Shown in pieces: positions 49,664 through 59,498 of a stretch of DNA of 64,000 bases. Source of the stretch: Psychrobacter sp. (lineage in GTDB: Bacteria > Pseudomonadota > Gammaproteobacteria > Pseudomonadales > Moraxellaceae); the NCBI RefSeq assembly GCF_030454045.1, contig NZ_JAKDJE010000004.1, forward strand, positions 5,593-69,592. Direction: 5' to 3'. Positions within the stretch are counted from its first letter, which is position 1. Every line of letters starts with the position of its first letter. A program made the position numbers and the translations under genes. Below the pieces are notes generated by a model. That model did not search any database. It was not told where the DNA came from and saw only the letters and a program-made list of their open reading frames with translations.

Positions 49664-52570
49664 CTATCCAGTCTTTAAGAGCCGCTGCACCTCAGTTACA
49701 TTGCGGCAATGCAATAGCTGCGCTGGCGAGAGCTGCACTGCATAAGTGTCATAAAGGCGCTTTGAGATGGTTTTGAGGTGCTGAGGACGCAGACCCATGG
49801 TCATAAAATTCATGGTTTTATCGACAGGCGTATCACTCACCTGACCGATGATGTCTAGATAAATATCAAATAAGGCTTGCTGGCAAAACGTGGTCGTCAT
49901 GTCAGCGCTGTGCTCTATAGCGACAGGAAGATATGGTGAGACATCAAAGTGAAAGGCTTGTGAGGCGACAATTTGATGAATCGCGGTATCTATAGCCTGC
50001 AATAAGCAGTCAATGGTCTTGGTAGCAATGGCTTTGGGCACATGGTCAATATCAAACACGAGCGCGCCATCATGCTGAGTGGTAAAGCGAATATCGATCG
50101 CTACCTGCGGCGTTTGCGTCAGTCCACGTTCTAAGCACATGTCATGATCTATGGTCAGTACCGGCCAAGACAGACCGTTGGTAATCACGATAGGCAACAC
50201 AGGCGCGGCATTGAGTTTTTCAAAGAGCAATCGCGCCAAATCCACCCCTGAAAATGACAAATGCTGTAAGCCTTCGAGCACATCGACTTGCAAATTTGAG
50301 GCTTGCTTAACGAAATTTTCTGAACCAACTAGCCACTCAACCGCCATAAACGTGGAGTTATTGACAAGCGTGCCTGTGTATAAGGGTAAAACAGGCACCG
50401 CAACCACTATGGATTGCTTCGTCTGCACTTGTGAGAGCAGCTCTAGAATGAGAGCCATAATCACAGAGTTTTTGAACAGCCCTTGTTTTGCCCCAATTTT
50501 TCCCAATTGCCGAAACGTCTCCGCTGGTACGACCAAACTGCGGCGCACAAAATGGGCAGCGCCCAGCTCATTTAATGGTCTGATCCATGGCAATGTAGGC
50601 ACGTTGGTAACGGTAGACAGTTTTTGTACCCAATAGGCCATGTCCGCTGCACGTGACGCCGCTTTAGATTCAGCCTTAGGCATATCTGTTATCACAGCGG
50701 GCACAGTCACAGCCTTGGTTGTGGCAGACGGCGCTGTAAACAGCTCAAGCATTAAAGACGCGATCGCGCGGCCATCAAGAATGAGCGCATCAAAACGTAT
50801 AAAGAGGCGCAACAAGCCATCTGTTAAATGAAAGGCCGTGATGTTCCAAGGCGCGCCCTGCAAATCAAACATTTGGTGCGTATACGTCTCTCGATAAGAC
50901 TGTAGATAGATAGTGGCCTCTTTGGCTGAGAGGTGGTGCAGATCAATCTCTTGTAGATTGACATAGAGGTCATTACACACATACTGAGTCAGTGTGGTCA
51001 TATTGATATGAGTGCGTAGACTCTCATGCCGCTTAACAATATCCGTCAAGCGCTGCTTGAGCACAGTCATATCCATACGACCATAGTATTCACGGAACTC
51101 CTGCATGGCAACGCCGCCAAGCGGCAACTGTGTCGTACGACCAAGTAGATAGGCTTCTTGTATCGCGGACAATGGCTGCTCGTCAGTCACTATGGTTTTA
51201 TGATCAGATGGCTGCTCGCTTTGATGACTAGTTTGCGGCTCAGGTTGATAAATAATGCCTTTGGGCAGTCGATTAAACGCCATATCAAGAACAGTAGGAT
51301 TTTGACTAACTTCTCTCAATAAGCCGATAAATGAGTGAAACAGCGCGGTGACCCACGCCAGTGGCAATGTGTCCAGACGTATATCCCAATTTACCAATAT
51401 CCCACTCTCTACGCGTACCACCTGAGCATCCAAGGCAACCTGCGGACCTTGAGACGTTGTCCATATCATGTCACCAAAGGCTTGTTTGACATTTTCAGAA
51501 AACAGCATTCCTTGCGGTAAATCCAAAGCGGCAGTAAACACCACAGGCGTCTGCTGGGCCGCACCATGATAGCGAGACAAATCCCTCATGATGTTGACAC
51601 CCGCATAATGGGCATGGTCTAGCAGCTCAATCATCTGATCAGCCACATTTTGACACAGCGTACCCAAGGTTTTGGCTGTCGCTGTGTCTATATTGACAAT
51701 GACAAAATTAGAAAAATCGCCAATACACTGGTCAATATGGTCTACCACAGGCGCGCGCCAAAAGGTTGGGACATTGAGTCTAAAGAAAGTATCTTGGGTG
51801 GCCTGACTCAAGGCAAAAGCGAACAGACCAAGCATTATGCTAGAAAAGGTGATTTTTCGCTGACGCGCCAGCTGCTGTAACGCTTGGTACTCTACGCTTG
51901 TCAGCTGCTCACTGAGACAATGACTCTGCGCCGTTTTTGCTGCGCTATCACCCACTGGTAATGAGGGCATTGGAGCGATGCCTGGAAGACGCGCCCGCCA
52001 CCATGATTTGTCTCTATGATGGCGCTGCTTGATGCTTGCATCTGCTTGCATGGCCTCATGCCAATCAAAAAAGCAGACAACAGGCGTAGAAGTGATGTCT
52101 ATACCTTGATAACACGCCGCCAAACCCTCTATCAACTGACAAAAGCTGGAGGGATCGACCGCGATCATATCCGTGTCAATATGCAAACGAAAGTTTGATT
52201 GATTGAGCAGGCTGACGGAGTACCTTGCCGTTTGACCACTGGTCAAATCCAGCTGCTGGTGCGTCCATTGCTCGCGTTTATTTTCCAAATACTGTACTTG
52301 CTTTTGGGGAGTCAGCACGCTTAAATCATCAACTTCAAGCAGGGTTTTTGGTGCAGATGCGGCAATAGTAGGAATGCCATCTGAGCTGAGGCGCATTCTC
52401 AAGATAGAATGCCTTAAATGCATATGCTGTAAGGCCGACTCTAGCTTTTGTAAATCAATTGATTGCCCGTCAAATTCAACATAAAGATGGGCGGCCACCC
52501 CACCTAAAAATTCAGACTCGCTGATACGGCCAAACCAGCATGCGGCTTGCATGGGAGTTAATTCACTCAT
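49664..52570 (-). CDS. NRPS with tandem heterocyclization (Cy-Cy) domains and a C-terminal carrier-like domain
   Basis: Cy N-motifs LTPMQAACWFGR and LSAIQEAYLLGR. DxxxxD active-site motifs DMIAVDPSS and DALILDGRA replace the HHxxxDG of ordinary C domains. The last roughly 75 aa are PCP-like (NFMTMGLRPQHL). Confidence 0.85.
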   Translation of the reverse strand: MSELTPMQAACWFGRISESEFLGGVAAHLYVEFDGQSIDLQKLESALQHMHLRHSILRMRLSSDGIPTIAASAPKTLLEVDDLSVLTPQKQVQYLENKREQWTHQQLDLTSGQTARYSVSLLNQSNFRLHIDTDMIAVDPSSFCQLIEGLAACYQGIDITSTPVVCFFDWHEAMQADASIKQRHHRDKSWWRARLPGIAPMPSLPVGDSAAKTAQSHCLSEQLTSVEYQALQQLARQRKITFSSIMLGLFAFALSQATQDTFFRLNVPTFWRAPVVDHIDQCIGDFSNFVIVNIDTATAKTLGTLCQNVADQMIELLDHAHYAGVNIMRDLSRYHGAAQQTPVVFTAALDLPQGMLFSENVKQAFGDMIWTTSQGPQVALDAQVVRVESGILVNWDIRLDTLPLAWVTALFHSFIGLLREVSQNPTVLDMAFNRLPKGIIYQPEPQTSHQSEQPSDHKTIVTDEQPLSAIQEAYLLGRTTQLPLGGVAMQEFREYYGRMDMTVLKQRLTDIVKRHESLRTHINMTTLTQYVCNDLYVNLQEIDLHHLSAKEATIYLQSYRETYTHQMFDLQGAPWNITAFHLTDGLLRLFIRFDALILDGRAIASLMLELFTAPSATTKAVTVPAVITDMPKAESKAASRAADMAYWVQKLSTVTNVPTLPWIRPLNELGAAHFVRRSLVVPAETFRQLGKIGAKQGLFKNSVIMALILELLSQVQTKQSIVVAVPVLPLYTGTLVNNSTFMAVEWLVGSENFVKQASNLQVDVLEGLQHLSFSGVDLARLLFEKLNAAPVLPIVITNGLSWPVLTIDHDMCLERGLTQTPQVAIDIRFTTQHDGALVFDIDHVPKAIATKTIDCLLQAIDTAIHQIVASQAFHFDVSPYLPVAIEHSADMTTTFCQQALFDIYLDIIGQVSDTPVDKTMNFMTMGLRPQHLKTISKRLYDTYAVQLSPAQLLHCRNVTEVQRLLKTG

Positions 52571-52617
52571 TATGTGCTTACTCAGTTGACAAAATAATAT
52601 ATATGAGGCACTGTATC

Positions 52618-52636
52618 ACAAATGATAATCATTAGC
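52618..52636. promoter_or_regulatory. Fur box in the divergent Cy-Cy / entE promoter region
   Basis: acaaatgataatcattagc matches GATAATGATAATCATTATC at 15/19. Confidence 0.7.
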
Positions 52637-52735
52637 ATTAACATTTACAAACAATAATTGATAATTATTTTTTTATTGCTCTGATATCCCTTTTTTTACT
52701 ATGACGTAGCACCGTTTCGCTAAGGTTTTGAGAAT

Positions 52736-54361
52736 ATGATTAAATCGCTTATTAAATTTTATCCTTGGCCAAAAAACAGAGCGCAGCACTATATAGCCCA
52801 AGGCTACTGGATCAATGAACCACTGACACATATCCTATCTCAGCGTTGCGCTAGCGACCCTAAGGCGACGGCGCTGATTTGCGGTAATCGTCAGTTCAGC
52901 TATCAAGCGTTAGATGACTTGTCTACCAATTTAGCCCATCGCATCAACGCTCAAGGTATTGGCAAAGGAGACACCGCCTTGGTGCAGCTGCCCAACACGG
53001 CTGAATTTTATATTGTTTTTTTTGCGCTATTAAAAATAGGCGTCGCTCCCTTAAATGCGCTTTATTCCCATCGGCAGCATGAGCTACGCAGCTTCTGTCA
53101 GCAAATTAAGCCACAGTTGCTGATCGTGTCAGCGACTCACGAGGTCTTTAAAGACGACGACTTTATTAATGAGCTTCATGCTACCGATCTGAGTCCGCAG
53201 CTTGTCTTAACACTGAATGACACTGCAAGTAAGTACAGACTGGAGACATGGATAGCAGGCAGCGATATGGTGGATACTGATGATGCACATCCTGTGCTCT
53301 ACTCACCTACCCCCGCCGATGAGGTGGCCTTTTTTCAGTTGTCTGGCGGTAGTACGGGCACGCCCAAGCTGATCCCGCGTACACATAACGACTATTACTA
53401 TAGTGTCAGAGCGAGTGCTGATATTTGCAGACTGGATACTGATACGCGGCTGCTCTGCGCGCTACCGGCGCCGCACAATTTTATGATGAGCTCTCCTGGC
53501 GCGCTTGGCGTGCTGTATGCAGGAGGCACAGTCGTTATGGCACCTGATCCTGAGCCTTTAAATTGCTTTTCAATCATTGCGCGTTATCGTGTCACTATGG
53601 CGTCACTAGTACCAAGTGCGGTCGTGGCGTGGATAGAGCAAGCGCCCAAACACACAGCACAGCTGCAAACCTTGCAGCTGATACAGGTTGGCGGGGCAAA
53701 TTTCCCTGAGACGCTTGCACGAAAAGTGCCCACGGTATTTGGCTGTGCTTTACAGCAGGTCTTTGGTATGGCTGAGGGGCTGGTGAATTACACCCGCTTA
53801 GATGATCCTGATGAACAAATCTTCACCAGCCAAGGACGGCCGATAAGTCCAGATGATGAGGTGATGATTGTTGATGAGCAAGGCAATCCTGTCCCAGAGG
53901 GTGAGGTGGGCATGCTGACCACCCGCGGGCCTTACACTTTTTGCGGGTATTACCAAAGTCCTGAGCATAATACCAACGCATTTGATAAGAATGGCTACTA
54001 TGCCTCTGGTGACTTGGTACAGCGCACCCCTGAGGGCAATTTGCGCGTTGTGGGGCGCGTCAAAGACCAGATCAATCGTGGCGGAGAGAAGATCGCTTCT
54101 GAGGAAATTGAAAACCTCATTCTCGCGCATCCTGATGTGTTAAACGCCGCGCTCATCGCCATCACCGACCCGCGCCTTGGTGAAAAAAGTTGCCTCTACA
54201 TTATCTCTCGTGACCCTAATATCAAAGCATCAACGCTACGGCGTTATTTGCTAAACACAGGCATTGCTCAGTACAAGATTCCTGATCGTTTCAAGTTTAT
54301 TGAGTCCATGCCCCTAACCGCCGTGGGCAAAACCGATAAAAAGCACCTACGTACCCTTTAA
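52736..54361 (+). CDS. entE: 2,3-dihydroxybenzoate-AMP ligase
   Basis: FQLSGGSTGTPKLIPRTHNDYYYSVR and overall EntE/VibE/BasE-like sequence. Confidence 0.92.
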   Translation: MIKSLIKFYPWPKNRAQHYIAQGYWINEPLTHILSQRCASDPKATALICGNRQFSYQALDDLSTNLAHRINAQGIGKGDTALVQLPNTAEFYIVFFALLKIGVAPLNALYSHRQHELRSFCQQIKPQLLIVSATHEVFKDDDFINELHATDLSPQLVLTLNDTASKYRLETWIAGSDMVDTDDAHPVLYSPTPADEVAFFQLSGGSTGTPKLIPRTHNDYYYSVRASADICRLDTDTRLLCALPAPHNFMMSSPGALGVLYAGGTVVMAPDPEPLNCFSIIARYRVTMASLVPSAVVAWIEQAPKHTAQLQTLQLIQVGGANFPETLARKVPTVFGCALQQVFGMAEGLVNYTRLDDPDEQIFTSQGRPISPDDEVMIVDEQGNPVPEGEVGMLTTRGPYTFCGYYQSPEHNTNAFDKNGYYASGDLVQRTPEGNLRVVGRVKDQINRGGEKIASEEIENLILAHPDVLNAALIAITDPRLGEKSCLYIISRDPNIKASTLRRYLLNTGIAQYKIPDRFKFIESMPLTAVGKTDKKHLRTL

Positions 54362-54406
54362 TACAGTCAGTTCACTTACCATCTTAACTATGCTAGCGAG
54401 TCCAGT

Positions 54407-55276
54407 ATGACCATCAAAACACTCTCCGATTATCCCATGCCGCAGCCTGAAAGCTACCCTACCAATAAAGTAAATTGGCAACTCGATGCCAAACGAGCCG
54501 TACTCCTCATTCATGATATGCAGCGTTATTTTGTCAATTTTTATGAGACGGACAGTACACTTATTAATACCTTGATCCATCATTTAACCCGCCTGCGCCA
54601 ATGGGCCTATGACAATGGCGTCCCTGTGGTATATACCGCCCAGCCTTATGAACAGCCAGAGGGAGACCGCGCACTACTCAATGCTATGTGGGGCGCAGGC
54701 TTGCCAGCATCGACAGCCGATCAGCAGTCTATCGTTGATCCGCTCACCCCAGCTGACACAGATACCGTCTTGACCAAGTGGCGCTACAGCGCGTTTGCCC
54801 GCTCAGACTTGCGAGCGCGTATGCAAGGCTGGAACCGTGACCAGCTGATTATAGGCGGGGTTTATGCCCATATTGGCTGTATGGTGACCGCTATAGATGC
54901 GTTTATGAGTGACATTCAATGCTTCTTAGTCGGTGATGCGGTTGCCGACTTCTCAGAAGCGGAGCATCGCATGGCACTACAGTATGTGTCTTCGCGTTGT
55001 GGTCAAGTGCTCAACACCGAAGCGATCGTCGGGGCAAAAACAAATACAATCACCAAACAGTGGCTTCATACTCGAGTTGAGCAGCTCATTGAGGAAGAGG
55101 AGGAGATAGATCCTGAGGAGAATTTAATTATATACGGGTTAGACTCGCTTAGGATTATGCAGCTTGCCGCCGAGTTTAAAGGATATGGCATTGATATTGG
55201 TTTTGAAGAAATTGCACGCAATCCAACCTTATCTAACTGGTGGGATTTGATACAACAACAGCAAAAGTCAGCCTAA
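54407..55276 (+). CDS. entB: isochorismatase fused to an aryl carrier protein
   Basis: Isochorismatase core AVLLIHDMQRYFV. C-terminal ArCP with phosphopantetheine site GLDSLRIMQL. Confidence 0.92.
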   Translation: MTIKTLSDYPMPQPESYPTNKVNWQLDAKRAVLLIHDMQRYFVNFYETDSTLINTLIHHLTRLRQWAYDNGVPVVYTAQPYEQPEGDRALLNAMWGAGLPASTADQQSIVDPLTPADTDTVLTKWRYSAFARSDLRARMQGWNRDQLIIGGVYAHIGCMVTAIDAFMSDIQCFLVGDAVADFSEAEHRMALQYVSSRCGQVLNTEAIVGAKTNTITKQWLHTRVEQLIEEEEEIDPEENLIIYGLDSLRIMQLAAEFKGYGIDIGFEEIARNPTLSNWWDLIQQQQKSA

Positions 55277-55299
55277 ATAGCACCCTTAGGTAAAAGGAT

Positions 55300-57219
55300 A
55301 TGAAAAACGTGAGTGATGACCATCTAGAGGGTATTTATACTCCCAACCAAGACACTGCATTTGCAAATGTCGTATTGCATGACTATCTTGATACGATTAA
55401 GACCAATGTATTGATCACACCGCCAGATAAAACCGCGCTTATTTTTGCTGACCAATCGATCAGCTACCATGAGGTTGGTCATCATGTTGCAGTAATGATG
55501 GCAACCTTTAGGCAGCAAGGCATTCGTGCTGGGTCTGTGGTAGCCATTTGCTTGCACAAAAGCCCCGAACATATCTATACCACGATTGCATGTGCCTTAA
55601 TGGGTATTGTTTGGCTGCCCATTGATATACAAGCACCGCGCTCAAGAATTGACTATTTACTGACCAACAGTCGCGCCGACTTTGCCGTCAGTCAGGGGCC
55701 ACTATCGCAGCTGTCTGGCATTCAAATAACGACCATTGATATTGATACCGCGCGCGGTCATAACGATCCGATAGATCTGCGTGACTGGTCTTGCGTCTAT
55801 GATCTGAGCCGCCGCCCTGCGTACTATCTCTATACTTCTGGTAGCACAGGCAAGCCAAAATGTGTGGTCTTAAACAATCAGGCAACCGCCAACGTCTTGC
55901 AACAAACCATCGCACATTGGGACGTCACTCATAACGACGTCTTTATGGCTATCACGCCTTTTCATCATGACATGTCTGTGTTCGATATTTTTACGCCCCT
56001 ATCAGTTGCAGCGACGCTGGTCATCCCAACTACCGAGCAGCAAAAAGATGCGGGTGCATGGGCAGCATTGATCGCTAAACATCACATCACGCTGTGGTGT
56101 AGCGTGCCTGCCATTGTCGATATGTTGCTGACGGTGAGTGGTCATGACCAAATCAAGACCCTGCGCTTAATTGCCCAAGGTGGTGATTATATCAAGCCAT
56201 CCATAATTACTCTGCTCAAGCAGACCCTGCCTCAAGCGCGGCAGTTTTCTTTAGGCGGGCCGACAGAAACCACCATTTGGAGTATTTGGCATGAGGTCCT
56301 TGACGACGATCAACACATCATTCCATACGGGAAGGCCTTAGCACACAACCAGTATCATATCCTAAATGAGCAGCATGCGCCTTGTGAGACTAGCACCATC
56401 GGAACCATGTATATGTCTGGAATCAATTTATCAAATGGCTACTTATTGGATGGAGAGACACATCACAATGACTTCATGCCCATTAAAACGACAAATGGCG
56501 ATGTGGTCATGGCCTTTAAGATGAGTGATTTGGGTTATTATCGAGATGATGGCGCGATCATATTTTCAGGACGCAAGGAAGGGTATCTTAAGGTCAAAGG
56601 CGTGCGCATTGCGGCATCTGAAGTTGAAAATGCCTTATCTACCTACCCTGCCATTCATCATGCCGTGGTGATCAGCTGCACACACCCTACCACCGATATC
56701 AATGAGCTGGTGGCGCTTTACACCATCAAAAATACGCATGACACAAGCAGTACCAACCGCTTGCCCAAGCAGCAGCTAAGCGCTTTTGATCTAAGAACCT
56801 ATCTAAAAGATCAGCTACCAAGCTCGCACATTCCCTCTAAGTTTTTATTGATAGACGACATACCGCTAACAGCGAACAGCAAAGTCGATCGTAACAAACT
56901 ACTAAGCCTAGCGCAGGAACGATTATCTATAGCGCCGACGCCTGTCATAGCGGGCACGCCCACTGATTCTAGTCTGTCAGCAGAAGTGATTGATACCGTT
57001 TTGACCTTGTTTAAAAACTATCTACCCAAGCACCAAATACAAACGCTGGAGGGCGATACGCAACTGTTTGCTTTAAGCATAAAACCCAAACAACTGATGA
57101 CCATTGCCACGCAGCTATCACAGCAACTGAATGTCTCGCTTGATTTTTATTCACTGGTAGTCTGTAAAACTCTGGGTGAGGTGATGATAAAAGCACAGCT
57201 TGCTTTAGACCGTCAATAA
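55300..57219 (+). CDS. free-standing NRPS adenylation-PCP didomain protein (substrate not assignable)
   Basis: A-domain cores ISYHEV, YLYTSGSTGKPKCVV, GRKEGYLKVKGVRIAASEVE, PLTANSKVDRNKL. C-terminal carrier-like domain ...LEGDTQLFALSIKPKQLMTIATQL. Confidence 0.85.
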   Translation: MKNVSDDHLEGIYTPNQDTAFANVVLHDYLDTIKTNVLITPPDKTALIFADQSISYHEVGHHVAVMMATFRQQGIRAGSVVAICLHKSPEHIYTTIACALMGIVWLPIDIQAPRSRIDYLLTNSRADFAVSQGPLSQLSGIQITTIDIDTARGHNDPIDLRDWSCVYDLSRRPAYYLYTSGSTGKPKCVVLNNQATANVLQQTIAHWDVTHNDVFMAITPFHHDMSVFDIFTPLSVAATLVIPTTEQQKDAGAWAALIAKHHITLWCSVPAIVDMLLTVSGHDQIKTLRLIAQGGDYIKPSIITLLKQTLPQARQFSLGGPTETTIWSIWHEVLDDDQHIIPYGKALAHNQYHILNEQHAPCETSTIGTMYMSGINLSNGYLLDGETHHNDFMPIKTTNGDVVMAFKMSDLGYYRDDGAIIFSGRKEGYLKVKGVRIAASEVENALSTYPAIHHAVVISCTHPTTDINELVALYTIKNTHDTSSTNRLPKQQLSAFDLRTYLKDQLPSSHIPSKFLLIDDIPLTANSKVDRNKLLSLAQERLSIAPTPVIAGTPTDSSLSAEVIDTVLTLFKNYLPKHQIQTLEGDTQLFALSIKPKQLMTIATQLSQQLNVSLDFYSLVVCKTLGEVMIKAQLALDRQ

Positions 57220-57243
57220 AGCTGCGTCGCCTAATAAGGATCT

Positions 57244-57275
57244 AAAAAAGGTTTACCGCGGTAAACCCTTTTTTT
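57244..57275. terminator. bidirectional terminator (A-PCP / entA)
   Basis: aaaaaaggtttac-cgcg-gtaaacccttttttt. Confidence 0.8.
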
Positions 57276-57322
57276 ATATCTTTGTCTTTTCTATGCCCTT
57301 ACTCAGTGCTCATACCACCGTG

Positions 57323-58084
57323 CTAGCACCCTAACGTCGCACCACCATCCACCACCAGATCCTGCATGGTGATATGTGACGCCTGATCGCTTATAAAAAA
57401 CATGATCACGTTCGTGATGTCTTTAACCTGCGCTATTTTTTGTAGCGGTATGCCAAGTTTATACTGTTTAAGATTGCCCGTAATGGTGGTTTGCTCCCCA
57501 TTCTCATCTCCCCATAGCTGCGTTTGCATCGCCGTTTCGGTAGATCCTGGTGACACCACATTGGCTCTGACACCATATTCAGCCAGCTCTAATGCCACTG
57601 TTTTTGTGAAGTAAGTCAGTGCCGCTTTTGATGCCCCGTAGGCGGACATATTGATACGCGGCATAGTAGCGGCATTGGATGACACCACAACGATACTGCC
57701 ACTGCGTTTTTCTTTAAAATAAGGCGTCAACTTTTGGCAGAAGTGAAAGCAAGAAAACACATTTACTGCAAAGGTATCCAGCCAATCTTTAGAGGACATA
57801 TCATTGTGCTGTGCCAAATGCAGGACACCTGCAATATGAATAAAATAGTCAGGGGGACTGACCGTTAATAGTGTCTCACATAAGTGCATAATCTGCTGTT
57901 CATCTCGAATGTCGCAAATGTGTACCTGCTGTTGTAACACTGCGGGCAGTTTGTCTTTGGCCTTATCGATACCGATAACCTCAACATCCTCATCTAACAG
58001 GCGCTGCATCACATCTGCGCCAATACCTTGATTGACGCCCACCAGCCATGCGGTTTTTTTTATCACAGTGTGATTTGTCATCAT
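57323..58084 (-). CDS. entA: 2,3-dihydro-2,3-dihydroxybenzoate dehydrogenase (SDR)
   Basis: GVNQGIG Rossmann motif and catalytic SAYGASKAAL. Lies immediately downstream of entC. RBS aagga. Confidence 0.85.
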   Translation of the reverse strand: MMTNHTVIKKTAWLVGVNQGIGADVMQRLLDEDVEVIGIDKAKDKLPAVLQQQVHICDIRDEQQIMHLCETLLTVSPPDYFIHIAGVLHLAQHNDMSSKDWLDTFAVNVFSCFHFCQKLTPYFKEKRSGSIVVVSSNAATMPRINMSAYGASKAALTYFTKTVALELAEYGVRANVVSPGSTETAMQTQLWGDENGEQTTITGNLKQYKLGIPLQKIAQVKDITNVIMFFISDQASHITMQDLVVDGGATLGC

Positions 58085-58101
58085 GCTGATCCTTAAGTGG
58101 G

Positions 58102-59301
58102 TTACGCGCTGGTGTCACAGAGGCGTAGTATGGTTTTCATTTTGTCTTCTGTCTCACGCCATTCCGACTCTGGATCAGACCCTTCAACGATACCAGCACC
58201 CGCGTACAACCGTAATTTTTTATCATTCAATAGCCCGCAACGAATTGTGACGACCCACTCGCCATTGCCTTCTGCATCCATCCAGCCCACCAAGCCTGTG
58301 TAATAGCCGCGCTCATACCCTTCATGCTGTAATATAAAATCTTTGGCCAATTGCGTTGGTGTACCACACACTGCGGGGGTTGGGTGTAGCTTTAATGCCA
58401 AGCTCAAAGCGTTGGGTGCGGCTTTTCTTAGTGTGCCTTGTAATGTTGAGGACAAATGAAACATGGTCGAGGTTTCAAGCACTTCTGGAAACTCAGACAT
58501 ACTTAGCGTTACACAGTCAGCCACTAGATTGCGCGATATGTTTTCGACAACGATTTTATGCTCGTGCTGATCCTTGATCGACTCCTGCAAGGCTTGTTGG
58601 TTCTTTTGATTGTGCTCTAAGCTATCACGCTTGGGTCTAGAACCCGCTAGAGGATTGCTCTTAACGAGTCGATCATTTTTAGACAATAGCAGCTCTGGAC
58701 TTGCCCCTAGTAGGTACTGCTGATTGTCTACGGGTATCACAAAGTTATAAGCGGTTGGGTTCTTATCCAGCAAGGCGTCTAAATAAAAGGCTAGGTTCTG
58801 CGACTTATCAAAACTAACATCAACCGCTTGTGACAGTACTATTTTTGTTAGCTCTGTGCTTTTGAAAGTCTCTAACGCATAATTGACGGTTTTTTTGAAC
58901 TTATCTTGATTCACCAGTAATGTCTTGTTCTTGATGTGCGTCTCATTTTTTATCAGATCAGTTTTTTTGGTTTTTTGGTCCGACTTATCGTAGTCACTAT
59001 AAAAATTTAATACCGCGTCATTTCTGATATCAAAAGGAATAGCAGCAATTAAGATTGGATTTTTATCGCCATTATTTTTCATCTCTTTAAAACGATCAGC
59101 GATACGCTGATTAAAATGTGCCGTATCTGCTGCAGGTGTCATTAGCGTCTGCGAAAAATTCTTGCCAATCAGGTGATATTCTTTTGTGGAAAAGCAGGCA
59201 AAATGTGCTTCATGATTTGTCGGTGTTTCTAAATAGTGTTGTAAAGACATAATTGATATCTCACTGTGGTTATTAATGCATCGATCATTATTGTTACTCA
59301 C
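58102..59301 (-). CDS. entC: isochorismate synthase
   Basis: Chorismate-binding C-terminal core GYERGYYTGLVGWMDAEGNGEWVVTIRCG. The track ORF starts at GTG 59301. ATG 59250 (MSLQHYLE...) is a plausible alternative start. Confidence 0.9.
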   Translation of the reverse strand: MSNNNDRCINNHSEISIMSLQHYLETPTNHEAHFACFSTKEYHLIGKNFSQTLMTPAADTAHFNQRIADRFKEMKNNGDKNPILIAAIPFDIRNDAVLNFYSDYDKSDQKTKKTDLIKNETHIKNKTLLVNQDKFKKTVNYALETFKSTELTKIVLSQAVDVSFDKSQNLAFYLDALLDKNPTAYNFVIPVDNQQYLLGASPELLLSKNDRLVKSNPLAGSRPKRDSLEHNQKNQQALQESIKDQHEHKIVVENISRNLVADCVTLSMSEFPEVLETSTMFHLSSTLQGTLRKAAPNALSLALKLHPTPAVCGTPTQLAKDFILQHEGYERGYYTGLVGWMDAEGNGEWVVTIRCGLLNDKKLRLYAGAGIVEGSDPESEWRETEDKMKTILRLCDTSA

Positions 59302-59324
59302 GTTTTATAAATAAAAATAATGGT

Positions 59325-59343
59325 GATATTGATAATCATTATC
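59325..59343. promoter_or_regulatory. near-consensus Fur box upstream of entC-entA
   Basis: gatattgataatcattatc matches GATAATGATAATCATTATC at 18/19. On the minus strand it overlaps a ttgata-17 nt-cattat promoter. Confidence 0.85.
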
Positions 59344-59498
59344 AATGATAAATTGCAGGTGGTACTTGTATTAAATGTTTGATACTTATGGACTGTGCTT
59401 GATTGACTGTGTTCTACAGAATTGCCAAGACGCTATCGCCACTTGCTATGGACACGTGGCTGCTGTGATCAGTGCATTATATTCATTTTTAGATATCT

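Noticed and set aside
50151-50636. Long antisense or alternate-frame ORFs inside real genes (50151..50636, 34785..35213, 18652..19104, 4379..4789, 37473..37868, 11640..12026, 62042..62407 and others)
   Set aside because: They lie fully within confidently identified genes. They have skewed Ser/Arg/Cys/Thr-rich composition typical of shadow frames, and they have no RBS or recognisable motifs.
52652-52670. Second Fur-like element aataattgataattatt in the Cy-Cy/entE intergenic region
   Set aside because: It contains two GATAAT-type hexamers, but a 1-nt offset gives a poor match to the 19-bp consensus. It is indistinguishable from background in this AT-rich spacer.
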